Positions 1 to 10,281 are shown, counted from the first letter of the whole stretch. The stretch is 60,586 bases of DNA, filler included, from 6 parts of 6 records of this genome joined end to end with filler, not necessarily neighbours in it, one strand, 5' to 3'. Notes: generated by a model from the sequence alone, not told the origin. Program-made: numbers and translations.

Positions 1-352
1 CTACGAACACCCCCCACCTACAATTTGCAGATTCGTTCATATCCAACGCAAGCCAAAAAGACTCAGCGGTACAAACATGAGCGCATCATTGGACCTTCGC
101 AACATCGGCGCTAAACACAACGTTTGACTACGGAATAGTGTGCCGCATACCGTAGCTACAGGATTCTGGACAACTGTTTATTACTCAGTAACCGCGTTAC
201 CCTCACACTCATAGCCGCGCAGCGGCGCTACAAACAAGAGTTCAAAAAGACCAGCCCGGAAGTGCAACTGAGGGCGCAGGCGGCTGTTTAAGGAGCCGAG
301 AGAGCAATAGAGTTTAAGTGAGAATGCGGCCAATATAATACATCCAAATACT

Positions 353-385
353 AAAAAGCGACGCCGGAGCTATCCCCGGCATCGC
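353..385 (-). terminator. Rho-independent terminator downstream of the Kelch/T9SS gene pair
   Basis: Minus strand reads GCGATGCCGG-ggatagct-CCGGCGTCGC-TTTTT: 10-bp stem with one G-U, then a U-tract, about 85 nt after the stop at 471. Confidence 0.75.
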
Positions 386-470
386 CTTCAGTGCTGTAAT
401 TCCATGATGCGGAATATTTTGAATATTTTGTCCCCCAACTATCCAGGGAGCCACAAAAATGTTAAGTCAG

Positions 471-3011
471 TCAGGGCTCAACCTGGAGGGACTGACCGGC
501 CAGAGCCGTCCCCTGTGTATCACGAGCAATGATCTGGTAACTGCCGGCGGGAAGTGTTTCCACGTTAACTTCCTCACGCTGTGTACCCGGGCGCACATTG
601 TGCTGCCGTACCGTCCGGCCAAGCACGTCAACAATTTGGAGCGATGTAATTTGACTATTGCTGTTAAGTGCGATATTGGTTGACTGGCGCGCCGGATTGG
701 GATACACATCCAGTTCCAACTGCGCTGCAATTGGCGTCTGCACCGAAGTTAAGGCGTTATCGAATGTTGTAAACACCGTATTTGTGAAGATGGGCTCGTT
801 AAAGTCAAAGTAAATTGCCACCTGGTTGTCGAGCGTCGTAGCTTCCGGCAGCTCGGCCTGACGCGAAACATAATACTTAACAAATCCCTGGCTGGCCTGT
901 AAACCCTGGGCTGCAAACGGCAGTTTAATATCGCTGAACACAAATTCGAGGATGCGGCCGTTGTGAATATTTAACTTAAACGGATGGCTGGAAGCTCCCA
1001 GGCGAATTGTGCCGGGGGCGTGATAACGATCAAGTGTGTCCAGCAGTCGCACGGTAAAAGCAGTGTCATTACCATTATTCTGAAAACGCGCCAGGTACGT
1101 CAGTTCAACAACATCATCGCTGACGCGGCCGAGTTCACCAGATCCGGCGGGTGTAACGGCAAGGTTATTAGGGTCATGTGAACCCGTAATTTCAATACAA
1201 GACTCGTCGCGCTCGTGCAGCAGTTCGTCAGAACGTTTGGAATCTTTGGCGCGGACATCCACACAAATATTTTGTCCGATCAAAGTTTGGTCGGCCGGTA
1301 TACGGAAAAACACCTCGATCACATCGGAGACGTCGGGAGCGACGCTGTTAAACTCCCAAATCAGGCGGCCTTCTTCAACGCGATCAGGTGCCGGAATACT
1401 TTCGGAATAGTCGAGGATTGGATCGTAGCTACAACAGAGTTCGCCGCTAAAGTCGATCGTGCCGCGGCTTTGATAGCGCAGAAAATAGCGCTGTTCAAAT
1501 CCGGGACGTGCGCGCGTGCCCGCCACAGATACCTGCAATTCGCTGGCTGCCGTTTTGGGCTGGGCTCCCAGGCGGATTCCCTCAATCACCTGGCCGACCT
1601 TGTCCACAGTCAGTTCGAGAATTTCGGTGGGACAAGTTTGGTGCCAGACAACTTGATCCACGAGCTGAATAGAATAGTCGGCCGGCGGGAGCAATGCTTC
1701 AAAACAGCCGTCGGCGTCCGTCATTATCAAATGTGAACCGGGTTCGATTGCGAGCAGAGTTTCGGATGCAGGTCGATCAGTCGCATCCTGCACGCAGTCG
1801 GAATCGAGGTCACGCCAGACTTTGCCGGCGAGTTTGGCACTGTTTTCGAGCGTTGGAAATTGTGTTAACAGGATTGAGCTGTTGTACGCAGCGATTTCGC
1901 GTTTATCGAGGCGCACACCGCCAATCAGTACGGACTGGCCGTTGGGCAGCGCAATCAGCGAGTAGTGCGCGGTTCCCTGCGGCAGTGCATCTCCAAGTGA
2001 CCAGGATTCAGTTTGTGCATCAAAAATTTCGACTGAATTAAGGGAACTGCCCTCGCTGTCATGACCGCCAACTGTTAACACACGTCCGTCCGGCATGAGC
2101 GTCATGAGATTGGCAAAACGCGCCACTTGCAGGTCGCCCAAAGTGACACGCCAGGTGCCGTCCATGGGATCAAATATTTCGGAGATTCGGCTTGGGCCTG
2201 GCCAGCCACCGGCGCGCAGGATACGTTCGTCGGGCAAACGAATCGAACCATGTTCACCGCTGCGCGCTTCCAGCAGACGTTCGTTAACGGTCCATTTGTC
2301 TGCTGTGGGATCATAGATCTGGAACCAGTCACCACCATTGCCGTAGCCGCCGACGACTAAAACACGCCCGTCGTCCAGGAGGTCGGCCGAGTAGGCGGAG
2401 CGCACCTGCGCCATAGATGCGGCGGGGCTCCAGGTTTCGGTGGCTGGATCATAAATTTCACATACTCGCAGGATTTCCCACTCTTCGTTTGTGGCTGCGC
2501 CGCCGACGCCGCCAAAGACCATCACGCGACCATCCTGCAGTTTGAGCATGCTAAAACCTTCGCGACGGAACAGCATCGAACCGGTCTCCGTCCAGGTTTC
2601 GGTGGCAGGATCATATATCTCGGCCGTGTTAACTGCCAGCCCAACATAGTTTTCCAATTTGCGCGCGGCTCCTCCGGCGGCGAGCACGCGGCCATCATCC
2701 AGTAAAACGGCGTCAAATCCCTGACGTGGATACAGCATTGGAGCAGTGGCATACACGCTGTTATCGCGATAATCATACATCTCACAGGTATTGATACTTG
2801 GCATGCGGCGCTCTTCCGCGCCCCCCATCGTCAGCACACGACCGTCGTTTAACAATACCGATTCGTGCTCAAAACGATTCTGCTGAATCTCGGCAACAGA
2901 TTGCCAGTTTTGCGCTGCCAACCCATTGGCAAACAAAAAGATCAAGCTGCAGAGCAGCGTCAAGGACGGAGTCAAGCGATAGCTGGACGAAGTTAAGCCT
3001 GGCCGAAACAT
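471..3011 (-). CDS. Secreted Kelch-repeat beta-propeller protein with DUF7619-like domain and T9SS type A C-terminal sorting domain
   Basis: 846-aa ORF. Signal peptide ends ...GLAAQ. Repeated Kelch blades (LxDGRVLxxGG...E.YDP.T.TW). SHDPNN...YLARFQNNGNDTAF module. C-terminal VYPNPA...DVLGR...LPAGSY T9SS motif. Confidence 0.85.
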   Translation of the reverse strand: MFRPGLTSSSYRLTPSLTLLCSLIFLFANGLAAQNWQSVAEIQQNRFEHESVLLNDGRVLTMGGAEERRMPSINTCEMYDYRDNSVYATAPMLYPRQGFDAVLLDDGRVLAAGGAARKLENYVGLAVNTAEIYDPATETWTETGSMLFRREGFSMLKLQDGRVMVFGGVGGAATNEEWEILRVCEIYDPATETWSPAASMAQVRSAYSADLLDDGRVLVVGGYGNGGDWFQIYDPTADKWTVNERLLEARSGEHGSIRLPDERILRAGGWPGPSRISEIFDPMDGTWRVTLGDLQVARFANLMTLMPDGRVLTVGGHDSEGSSLNSVEIFDAQTESWSLGDALPQGTAHYSLIALPNGQSVLIGGVRLDKREIAAYNSSILLTQFPTLENSAKLAGKVWRDLDSDCVQDATDRPASETLLAIEPGSHLIMTDADGCFEALLPPADYSIQLVDQVVWHQTCPTEILELTVDKVGQVIEGIRLGAQPKTAASELQVSVAGTRARPGFEQRYFLRYQSRGTIDFSGELCCSYDPILDYSESIPAPDRVEEGRLIWEFNSVAPDVSDVIEVFFRIPADQTLIGQNICVDVRAKDSKRSDELLHERDESCIEITGSHDPNNLAVTPAGSGELGRVSDDVVELTYLARFQNNGNDTAFTVRLLDTLDRYHAPGTIRLGASSHPFKLNIHNGRILEFVFSDIKLPFAAQGLQASQGFVKYYVSRQAELPEATTLDNQVAIYFDFNEPIFTNTVFTTFDNALTSVQTPIAAQLELDVYPNPARQSTNIALNSNSQITSLQIVDVLGRTVRQHNVRPGTQREEVNVETLPAGSYQIIARDTQGTALAGQSLQVEP

Positions 3012-3042
3012 ACAATTACCTGTTTATTACCATCATTGTGAA

Positions 3043-5559
3043 TCAACGCTGTACAATTAAACGGCGTTGTGCGCGCGCCGTTCCGCGTTTGTCCAAAGCC
3101 AAAAGCTGATACGATCCTGCAGGCAAAGCCGCCAGATCCAGATCTTCTGAAAGGCTGTCGCGTTTGATGTTTTTGCGCACGATAGCACGTCCCACCACGT
3201 CACGCAGCTCCAGGACTGCAAGGCGGCCGGCTTCCTCAAATACGACGGTTGCTTTTTCGATTGCGGGGTTGGGGTACAATTCCACATCCAGCTGCGATAG
3301 GACTTCCCCAGGCACGTCCGTCACCGAATTGTCAAAAGTTGTGTAGACGGTATTAGTGAATATTGGCTCGTTAAAGTCAAAGTAGATGGCCACCTGGTTG
3401 TCCAGTGTGGTTTTGTTCGCCAGTTCGGCAATGCGCGGCACGTAAAACTTGACATATCCCTGACTAGCGAGCTCTTCCTGCGCCTGATGTGGCAGCTTAA
3501 TGTCACCGAATGTGAACTCAAGAATGCCACCGTCGAGAATGTTAAGTTTATAGGGATGGCTCGATGCTCCCAGTCGCAAACCGGAAACCTGATGAGCGGC
3601 GTCAAGGGTATCCACAAGGCGCACTGTAAAAGCTGTGTCATTACCGGTATTCTGGAAACGCACCAGATATGCCAGTTCGGTTACGTCTAAACTTAGCGCC
3701 CCAAGCGCGCCGTTGCCCTTGGGAAACACTGCCAGGTCGTTGGGATCGTAGGAGCCCGTGACTTCGACACAGTAGCTCTCGCGTTCGCGCAGCAGCAGAT
3801 CGTCGCGCTTGTCACTGTCGGCCATTAAGGTGGCACACAGTTCCCTGCCAATCAGCGATTGATCCGCGGGTACTCTGAAGAGTACTTCAATTTCACCAAC
3901 TTCGTCGGCCGCAACACCTATCAGGTTCCAGGCGAGGAGCCCGGATTCAGTCAGATCGGCAGGCAGACTGCTTGAAAGAACGTTAAGTAGCGGCGGAAAC
4001 TGAAAGAGAAGTTCACCGCTAAAGGCAGCGCTGCCAACATTCTGATATCGCAGCACGTAACGCAGCTCAAATCCAGGGCGTGCGCGCGTTCCCGCCAGAG
4101 AAACGTTCAGGTCGGCATAAGCCGAAAGGGGGCGCGTGCCCATATCCAGGTTTTCAACCGGCTCTAAACTGCCGGGCACGTTAAAACTCAACTCGCCGGC
4201 GGGACAGTGTTGTTCCCAGCTTTGCAGGTTAACGGCTTTAACGCTGTAGTTGCCCGGCTGTAAACGCGTTTCAAAACATCCATCGGGATCCGTCATGGTC
4301 AGGAATCCGCCGGGATTAAACTCCAGCAGGTTAAGTCCGGCGCCTTTGTCCTGCGGACCGTCGGGTGAACAGTCATCGTCGTAGTCACGCCACAAGCGCC
4401 CGCTAATCGGCGCACTGTTAAACTCCGTCACGTACTTGCTGACGTAGAGTTCGGAATGCACGCGAATGACGTTATCGTCTTGCAGTTGTGAGCCACCGCT
4501 GATCAGGACCTGTTGATTGGGCAGCGCTATCATGCTGAAGTTTGTGTTTGGGAAGGCCAGGTCGTCCGCGGCAGACCAACTTTCGGTAGCGGGATCAAAG
4601 AGTTCACATGAAGTCAGGGCCGTTTTGCGGCTGTTAAGCCCACCGGCCACCAAAATTTTTCCGTCGGGCTGCTGAATGGCTTCGTGTGCAAAACGGCTTT
4701 GCGCCAGGGCTGCGAGAGTTGTGCGCCAGCTGTCACTGGCGGGATCGTAAATTTCCGACCAGGCCTGCGGGCCGGGCCAGCCGCCGGTGCGCAGGATGCG
4801 GCCTGCACTGATCACGGTAGAGCTGTGCTGGCCGGTGCCACCTTCCAGGAATGCGGCTGCGGGGCTCCAGGTTTCGGTTTGCGGATCAAATATTTCGGTT
4901 TCGCGCTGTCCGCTGCCGTATCCACCGCTGACGAAGAGACGCCCATCGCTGAGCACATTGAGGCTGAAGGCCACGCGCGTGCCATTCATTGCGGGCGCGG
5001 GGCTCCAGGTTTCGGTTTGTGGATCAAAGACTTCGCAGCTTTGCAGGATGTCCCACTGGCTTGGGTCCTGGCCGCCGCCGATGCCACCGACAGCTAGAAT
5101 CCGCCCGTCCGGAAGTTGCGCCAGGCGGCAGGATTCGCGTCGCGTCTGCATGGGCGTGGTACGCGTCCAGAGTCCGGTCGCCGGATCATAGATTTCAGCG
5201 GAGTTGATCGACTGGCCGCGATGATTGGCCGACTTGGCAGATGCTCCGCCAACGACTAAAACGCGGCCGTCACTGAGTTTGATCATCTCCATGGCCTGGC
5301 GCGCATCGTTGAGATCACCAGTCGGTGTAACTGAATTGTCGCGATAGTCGAACAATTCACAGGCGCTGAGACTTGGGCCTACATGCGTAGTGGTTCCGCC
5401 GGCGAGCAGCACGCGGCCGTCATCCAACAGAATTGCTCTATGCCGGAAGCGCGGCTGCTGCATCTCTCCTGTCGCCTGCCAGTCCTGAGCGATTAATTCC
5501 CCCGTCAGCAAAGACGTACCGAGCAAAGCCAGGCAGCATACAGTCAACAAATTTTGCAT
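3043..5559 (-). CDS. Paralogous secreted Kelch-repeat / DUF7619-like / T9SS protein
   Basis: Same architecture as 471-3011 (GTRARPGFE, SYDPNDL, RFQNTGNDTAFTV, LYPNPA). Start moved to ATG 5559 (MQNLLTVCCLALL..., signal peptide); the 152-aa upstream extension of the 990-aa ORF has no counterpart in the paralog. Confidence 0.85.
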   Translation of the reverse strand: MQNLLTVCCLALLGTSLLTGELIAQDWQATGEMQQPRFRHRAILLDDGRVLLAGGTTTHVGPSLSACELFDYRDNSVTPTGDLNDARQAMEMIKLSDGRVLVVGGASAKSANHRGQSINSAEIYDPATGLWTRTTPMQTRRESCRLAQLPDGRILAVGGIGGGQDPSQWDILQSCEVFDPQTETWSPAPAMNGTRVAFSLNVLSDGRLFVSGGYGSGQRETEIFDPQTETWSPAAAFLEGGTGQHSSTVISAGRILRTGGWPGPQAWSEIYDPASDSWRTTLAALAQSRFAHEAIQQPDGKILVAGGLNSRKTALTSCELFDPATESWSAADDLAFPNTNFSMIALPNQQVLISGGSQLQDDNVIRVHSELYVSKYVTEFNSAPISGRLWRDYDDDCSPDGPQDKGAGLNLLEFNPGGFLTMTDPDGCFETRLQPGNYSVKAVNLQSWEQHCPAGELSFNVPGSLEPVENLDMGTRPLSAYADLNVSLAGTRARPGFELRYVLRYQNVGSAAFSGELLFQFPPLLNVLSSSLPADLTESGLLAWNLIGVAADEVGEIEVLFRVPADQSLIGRELCATLMADSDKRDDLLLRERESYCVEVTGSYDPNDLAVFPKGNGALGALSLDVTELAYLVRFQNTGNDTAFTVRLVDTLDAAHQVSGLRLGASSHPYKLNILDGGILEFTFGDIKLPHQAQEELASQGYVKFYVPRIAELANKTTLDNQVAIYFDFNEPIFTNTVYTTFDNSVTDVPGEVLSQLDVELYPNPAIEKATVVFEEAGRLAVLELRDVVGRAIVRKNIKRDSLSEDLDLAALPAGSYQLLALDKRGTARAQRRLIVQR

Positions 5560-6023
5560 ATGTGATCGCGAAAAATCTTTGGGTTGCAGAATTAAAATAG
5601 AGATGAGTTCGGAGTCTTGAGTACACTGACTTGCAGGCTGCAAATCATAAGGTTGGCAGTTTGGTACTCTGAGTCCACGCCAATGAAAATAGCGCCTTCC
5701 GTTTTGATTTGCAAATAAAAGATTATGGACTACAGGTGCACCGCAGACCCTGCGATTCAAGAACATTAATTTAAGTCTACTTTGGAGGGACAAATTTGCT
5801 GCCGGCCGTGCACCCTGGATGTATTCGGCGAATGTAATTGTTAAGGTATCTATGCGTGCACGCCCAAGTTTGTGCATTGTCAGACTAGCGTTGCTAGAGT
5901 ATCTTCGCCTCAGTTGGTGTAGCACAAGAGCCAATTTCGGGCTCGCTACACTGCCAGGAGTGCATTGCCCAATGACTCTGCGTATAAGTTCATTCTTTTG
6001 TTTCTGATAACCCACTTTCCTGG

Positions 6024-6710
6024 TTGCCCTTGGAACATTCTGTCTGTGCCCATCATAAAACCATACCCTTACGTGAAATAGAATGCGCGCTACAGACTAA
6101 AACTTTCAAACTATTTGTTAAACGCTGCCTCGACCTCGCTGTTGCCCTAATTGCGCTTGCCGCACTCACACCCTTATTTCTGCTGATCGCACTTGTGATC
6201 AAACTCAGTTCACACGGCCCGATTATATTCCGGCAGCTCCGAATTGGAGTGCGTGGAGACACTTTTACACTGTACAAGTTCCGCACGATGCGCCGGCCAG
6301 AGGAGTGGCCGGAAGAATGGCGCAATACTGGCGTGATGAACAATCAAGGCCAGTTAAACAAACGACCGAATGATACACGCGTAACATCTATTGGCCGCCT
6401 GCTGCGCAGGTGCAGTCTGGATGAGCTCCCACAGCTATTTAACGTCTTGCTCGGAGACATGAGCCTGATCGGGCCGCGCCCCCTGCTTCCTGAGATGTCG
6501 TACGCATATCCCAACTTTCACAAGGCGCGGCACTTAATCAGGCCCGGAATCAGTGGCCTGTGGCAGATTCGCAATCGTGCCAATTGCACTTCTGCCATGA
6601 ACATGCTGGAAGATGACCTGGAATACATCATGCGCTTCAGCCTGCTGCTCGATGTTCAAATCCTGCTACAGACCCTGCCACTGCTACTGGGAGATGATAA
6701 TGCATTCTAG
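6024..6710 (+). CDS. Sugar transferase (Bac_transf; WcaJ/WbaP/PglC-like phosphoglycosyl transferase)
   Basis: KRCLD..., Fx[44 protein letters not shown] and [10 protein letters not shown] motifs. TTG start uncertain. Confidence 0.9.
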   Translation: MPLEHSVCAHHKTIPLREIECALQTKTFKLFVKRCLDLAVALIALAALTPLFLLIALVIKLSSHGPIIFRQLRIGVRGDTFTLYKFRTMRRPEEWPEEWRNTGVMNNQGQLNKRPNDTRVTSIGRLLRRCSLDELPQLFNVLLGDMSLIGPRPLLPEMSYAYPNFHKARHLIRPGISGLWQIRNRANCTSAMNMLEDDLEYIMRFSLLLDVQILLQTLPLLLGDDNAF

Positions 6711-6770
6711 TTATCGCTTTACCTCACTCACTGCTTAACAGAATTCAACATCAATCTGCAGGGTATAAAT

Positions 6771-7949
6771 ATGCAAGCGGAATACATTATCGTCGGTGCC
6801 GGCCTTATGGGCTGCGTCATCGCACGCGAACTGCACAGAGCCGGCCGGAAAGTATTGATTATAGAACGCAACAACAGCATCGGTGGCATGCTGCAGGATT
6901 CACGACACGAATCCGGAATACGCGTGCAGAATTATGGACCCAACGTGCTCCGCTGCGCCGAATCCACGGAGTGGGACTACCTGCGCCAATTCACAGATTT
7001 CTACTCGTATAAAACTGACGCACGCATACAGGTTAATGGACGAACGCAGGCCTGGCCTTTCCAAGAATGTTATTTACACCAGCGTTGTGGCAAGGCCTGG
7101 CAGCCCAATCAATTTACAGCGGCACACAATTTTGAAGAGACTTGCTTAAACAAGATGCCGCGCGAAGTCTATGCAGAATTGATCGAAAGGTTCGTTGTTA
7201 AACAATGGCAGCAACATCCGCGGCAGCTGCCGGCCAATTTGGCGCAAGAAACGACCCTTGTACAACAAGGAGCGCAACTGCCGGTACAGCTCAAGAAGTA
7301 CCAGGGACTGCCGGTTAAAGGCTTCAGCAAGATGCTGGAGAAGATGATTCATGGAATTCCGCGCCTGTTAAATTGTGACTACCTGCAGCATCGGCGTAGC
7401 TTCCATGCTGGACGCAAGGTGATATTCACCGGCTCAATTGACGCATTCTTTGCTTTTGACAATGGCTACCTGCAATATCGCGCACATCGCCGCGAACAGG
7501 AGTTCCTGCCAAACAGCGACTGGTATCAGGCCGGAGCTGTCGTAAATAACCCTGACTCAAATGCGCCTACAATTCGCACAATTGAATGGAAACACTTTTT
7601 GCCGCACAATCTGTCCAGACCAATCAAAGGCACAGTCATAACACGCGAAATTGCGGTCGATACTGGTGGGTACAAGTCGGCCGAACTGGCTCCGGAACTA
7701 CCGCTAACCAATGCAGATAACAATGCCCTCTACAAACAATATCGCAAACGCGCAGACCGCATTAACAAGGTCGAAATCTGCGGCCGCCTTGGCGAATTCA
7801 AGACCTATGACCTGGAACAAACCGTTAGCCGCGCACGTGCGGTTGCCGGCAGACTCATTAACAATCAACGCATAACGACTATTACGCCAATGACCGTCCG
7901 TCTCGTGCGCCCCACAGCCGGCAGAACTGGTAGCAGCGCTGTTTGTTGA
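6771..7949 (+). CDS. glf: UDP-galactopyranose mutase (Glf)-like flavoprotein, divergent
   Basis: N-terminal GAGLMG FAD motif, YGP, YQGLP..G, IFTGSID.FF, RTIEWKHF and GRLGEFKTY match the Glf family, but several substrate-binding motifs differ (see findings). Confidence 0.7.
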   Translation: MQAEYIIVGAGLMGCVIARELHRAGRKVLIIERNNSIGGMLQDSRHESGIRVQNYGPNVLRCAESTEWDYLRQFTDFYSYKTDARIQVNGRTQAWPFQECYLHQRCGKAWQPNQFTAAHNFEETCLNKMPREVYAELIERFVVKQWQQHPRQLPANLAQETTLVQQGAQLPVQLKKYQGLPVKGFSKMLEKMIHGIPRLLNCDYLQHRRSFHAGRKVIFTGSIDAFFAFDNGYLQYRAHRREQEFLPNSDWYQAGAVVNNPDSNAPTIRTIEWKHFLPHNLSRPIKGTVITREIAVDTGGYKSAELAPELPLTNADNNALYKQYRKRADRINKVEICGRLGEFKTYDLEQTVSRARAVAGRLINNQRITTITPMTVRLVRPTAGRTGSSAVC

Positions 7950-7961
7950 CTCCTGCAAAAT

Positions 7962-8534
7962 TTGGCATATTTGCGTATGCAACGCGAAACTGACGATGCC
8001 GACCATACCTTCGATCGCGCCGATGCCTTAAGTGCAACGCCGGACATGAATGAGCCCCAGAAGCCGCCCCAGAAACCGACCCAGAAGCCGGCCGAAAACT
8101 CGGCGCCAAGCTCGGCACCTGAGTTGCAGTTGCTTGCGCGTAGCATCCTGGCTGACTCTCCCATTCTCGAACCCAAAATTTGCAGCGCCTGCCAGATTCC
8201 GTCTGAGCAGGTTCCAGAGCTTCTGACTGAAGTGCTGCGTTTCATGTACTTAATCGCCGTCTCCAAAAGACGTCTTACGCCCAGTCTGACAGTTGACCTT
8301 GCCTGGCACGAACTGATTCTCTGTACCAAGCTGTACCAGCAGCTCTGTACAACTCAGTTTGGACGTTTCATACATCATCACCCCGGCGGCGGTGAAGAAG
8401 AAAGTCAACAACAGTTTAGACAAACAATCAAACTGTATAACCTGCGCTTTGGCGCTGCTAATCCAGCATACTGGGGCCAGTCCGGCTTCTACGGCGTGGA
8501 AGCGGACTGCGGCACATGTGAAGCAACAGCTTAA
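7962..8534 (+). CDS. Glycine-rich-domain-containing protein (GRDP/DUF1399-like) ending in DCGTC
   Basis: E..RF..L...LTPS..VDLAWHELILCT..Y...C...GRFIHHHP signature. Start uncertain (7962, 7977 or 8046). Confidence 0.7.
   Translation: MAYLRMQRETDDADHTFDRADALSATPDMNEPQKPPQKPTQKPAENSAPSSAPELQLLARSILADSPILEPKICSACQIPSEQVPELLTEVLRFMYLIAVSKRRLTPSLTVDLAWHELILCTKLYQQLCTTQFGRFIHHHPGGGEEESQQQFRQTIKLYNLRFGAANPAYWGQSGFYGVEADCGTCEATA
8056..8091 (+). repeat. In-frame 12-bp tandem repeat x3 (PQKP/PQKP/TQKP)
   Basis: cccagaagccgc cccagaaaccga cccagaagccgg. Confidence 0.7.
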
Positions 8535-8682
8535 TTCCGAATCGTCGTTGCATGGCCTGGATGTAGCTTACATACCTGCAATTGCGCAACTATTGGGCCT
8601 AAGCTGCGTTCGATACGTTTTCTGTTAACATTTTATTGATTGGGTATGCGGAATACCCCTCGCAACTATTGGAGAATCCGGC

Positions 8683-9756
8683 ATGTATTTCAACGGCAAC
8701 CTGAGCATTGATCCTTCCCAGGCTACCAAAATAGAGCGCCCCAAACCAACCAAGGCTTTTGGCAAATTATTCTATGCTCTGACTGCCGGCCGCAGCTCAA
8801 AACAGGAAGAACATGAGACTTTTAGTGCCGTCTCCATTATGCAGCAGCTCAACCAGGTGATGCGCTCCGTTGGTATCGACAACGTCGTCCGCCTGGCGCA
8901 GGATAATCACGATTTTTATCTGGATACCGAAGGCCGCAAGGACGACCTAAAAGAAGCGCTCGAAGAATACCTGATTAAGGTCGATGAGATTGAATCAGAG
9001 CTATTTAATCATCTGTTTCTTGTGCTGGAGCATGCCGACGATCATCTCTCGTACCTGGTGGAAATCGATATCAGCCGCAAACATGCACCGGGCGTGCATC
9101 CGATCTCAATCAAAATTAATGGCCTGGCTGAACGCCTACGCCTGCGCAAACACGAGTCCCCAGCCGAACTACAGCGCCGCATGCAGCAAATTATGGCGTC
9201 ACAGGAATCGCACGACGCATTTGTGAATGAGGCAAGGCTGCACTTTAACGACTTTGTAAACAAACTGGAACTCGCTATCCGCACCTACATAAAGGTCGAT
9301 GAGATTAACAAAACCAGCTCTGCCGAAATCATACGCCCCAAAAAGCCGATCAACAGCAAAGAGCAGGTTAAACAGTCGAGCGCCAACCAGCCTGTCTACG
9401 GTGGCTATTATGGCTACGATGACTCATTCTTCTACGCGTACATGTGGTCCAGCATGTTACACAGCAATTCCATACATGTTAATAATGTTTCCGTCGTCGA
9501 TGAAGCCGGCAGTTCAATTATGGATATTGGTGAAGAAGGTATTGATGCTGGTGACAGCAATGCGCTTAACCCAGCCGAAGAATTTGAGGCTCCCAGCGAA
9601 GGTGACGTTGAGTTTCACAATGACCATGAATTCCAGGATTCGATTCCTGAAACTGATAGCGGAGGCAGCTGGCTCGATAGCATGGGTAGTGACTTTGGCG
9701 GTGATTCAGACTCAGGTTCATCCTGCTCATCTTGCGGTGGCTGCGGCGGAGATTAA
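8683..9756 (+). CDS. Hypothetical protein with acidic low-complexity tail ending SSCSSCGGCGGD
   Basis: 357-aa ORF with GGAG SD upstream of ATG. Tyr-rich segment, then an Asp/Glu/Ser/Gly tail with four terminal Cys. Confidence 0.8.
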   Translation: MYFNGNLSIDPSQATKIERPKPTKAFGKLFYALTAGRSSKQEEHETFSAVSIMQQLNQVMRSVGIDNVVRLAQDNHDFYLDTEGRKDDLKEALEEYLIKVDEIESELFNHLFLVLEHADDHLSYLVEIDISRKHAPGVHPISIKINGLAERLRLRKHESPAELQRRMQQIMASQESHDAFVNEARLHFNDFVNKLELAIRTYIKVDEINKTSSAEIIRPKKPINSKEQVKQSSANQPVYGGYYGYDDSFFYAYMWSSMLHSNSIHVNNVSVVDEAGSSIMDIGEEGIDAGDSNALNPAEEFEAPSEGDVEFHNDHEFQDSIPETDSGGSWLDSMGSDFGGDSDSGSSCSSCGGCGGD

Positions 9757-9780
9757 GCCTAAACGGCAATTTTTAGGTTA

Positions 9781-9821
9781 AAAGCACGAAGGCAAACGGC
9801 CCATAGGACCGTCTGCCTTCG
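9781..9821. terminator. Hairpin terminator between convergent transcription units
   Basis: cgaaggcaaacgg ... ccgtctgccttcg 13-bp stem; the minus strand is followed by TGCTTTT. Lies between the stops at 9756 (+) and 9862 (-). Confidence 0.7.
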
Positions 9822-9861
9822 CTCTACAAGTCACATTTTCAGAAAACGCTGACAAGCGTTT

Positions 9862-10281
9862 TTATTGACACTTATATTCGATCCGGACTGTTACGCACAG
9901 GCGAATCTGACTTGCGCAGAAATAGGTGAACGATACAAATCGGCAGTCACCTTCTGTACAGCCATTGTCAACACAACAGCGCTTAAAATTCGTACAGAAC
10001 TTGTCGACAATTCGGTTAACTGCCGCACGCAGTTGCGCGTCGGTCACGTTCGGGCAGTCTGGTACTTCAAAACACTGCTGAACCGTTGTTACACCCGAAG
10101 TTGGGCAATCAAAGTTGTCGCAGTCAAATGATGAAGTTAAAGGCCCAAGCTCTTTCCAGGTGTTGTCAACTACTTTCTGAGCTTCTACCGTCAGTGGTGC
10201 TTCACTTTGCTCAGCTGCAGTCACATCCGTCACAGAACCAACAAGAAATGCAACTGCTAAAAAGGTAATAATAGACTTCAT
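9862..10281 (-). CDS. Secreted cysteine-rich protein, paralog 1 of 4 (12 Cys)
   Basis: ATG 10281 with GGAG SD; signal peptide MKSIITFLAVAFLVG...; shares C-x4-CPxSG...FCxxFxxCCxxxGCxxxxCR...EYKC with the three neighbours. Confidence 0.85.
   Translation of the reverse strand: MKSIITFLAVAFLVGSVTDVTAAEQSEAPLTVEAQKVVDNTWKELGPLTSSFDCDNFDCPTSGVTTVQQCFEVPDCPNVTDAQLRAAVNRIVDKFCTNFKRCCVDNGCTEGDCRFVSFTYFCASQIRLCVTVRIEYKCQ

Noticed and set aside
5560-6015. N-terminal 152 aa of the 990-aa ORF
   Set aside because: No counterpart in the paralog; the signal peptide starts at ATG 5559; the region is the divergent promoter gap.
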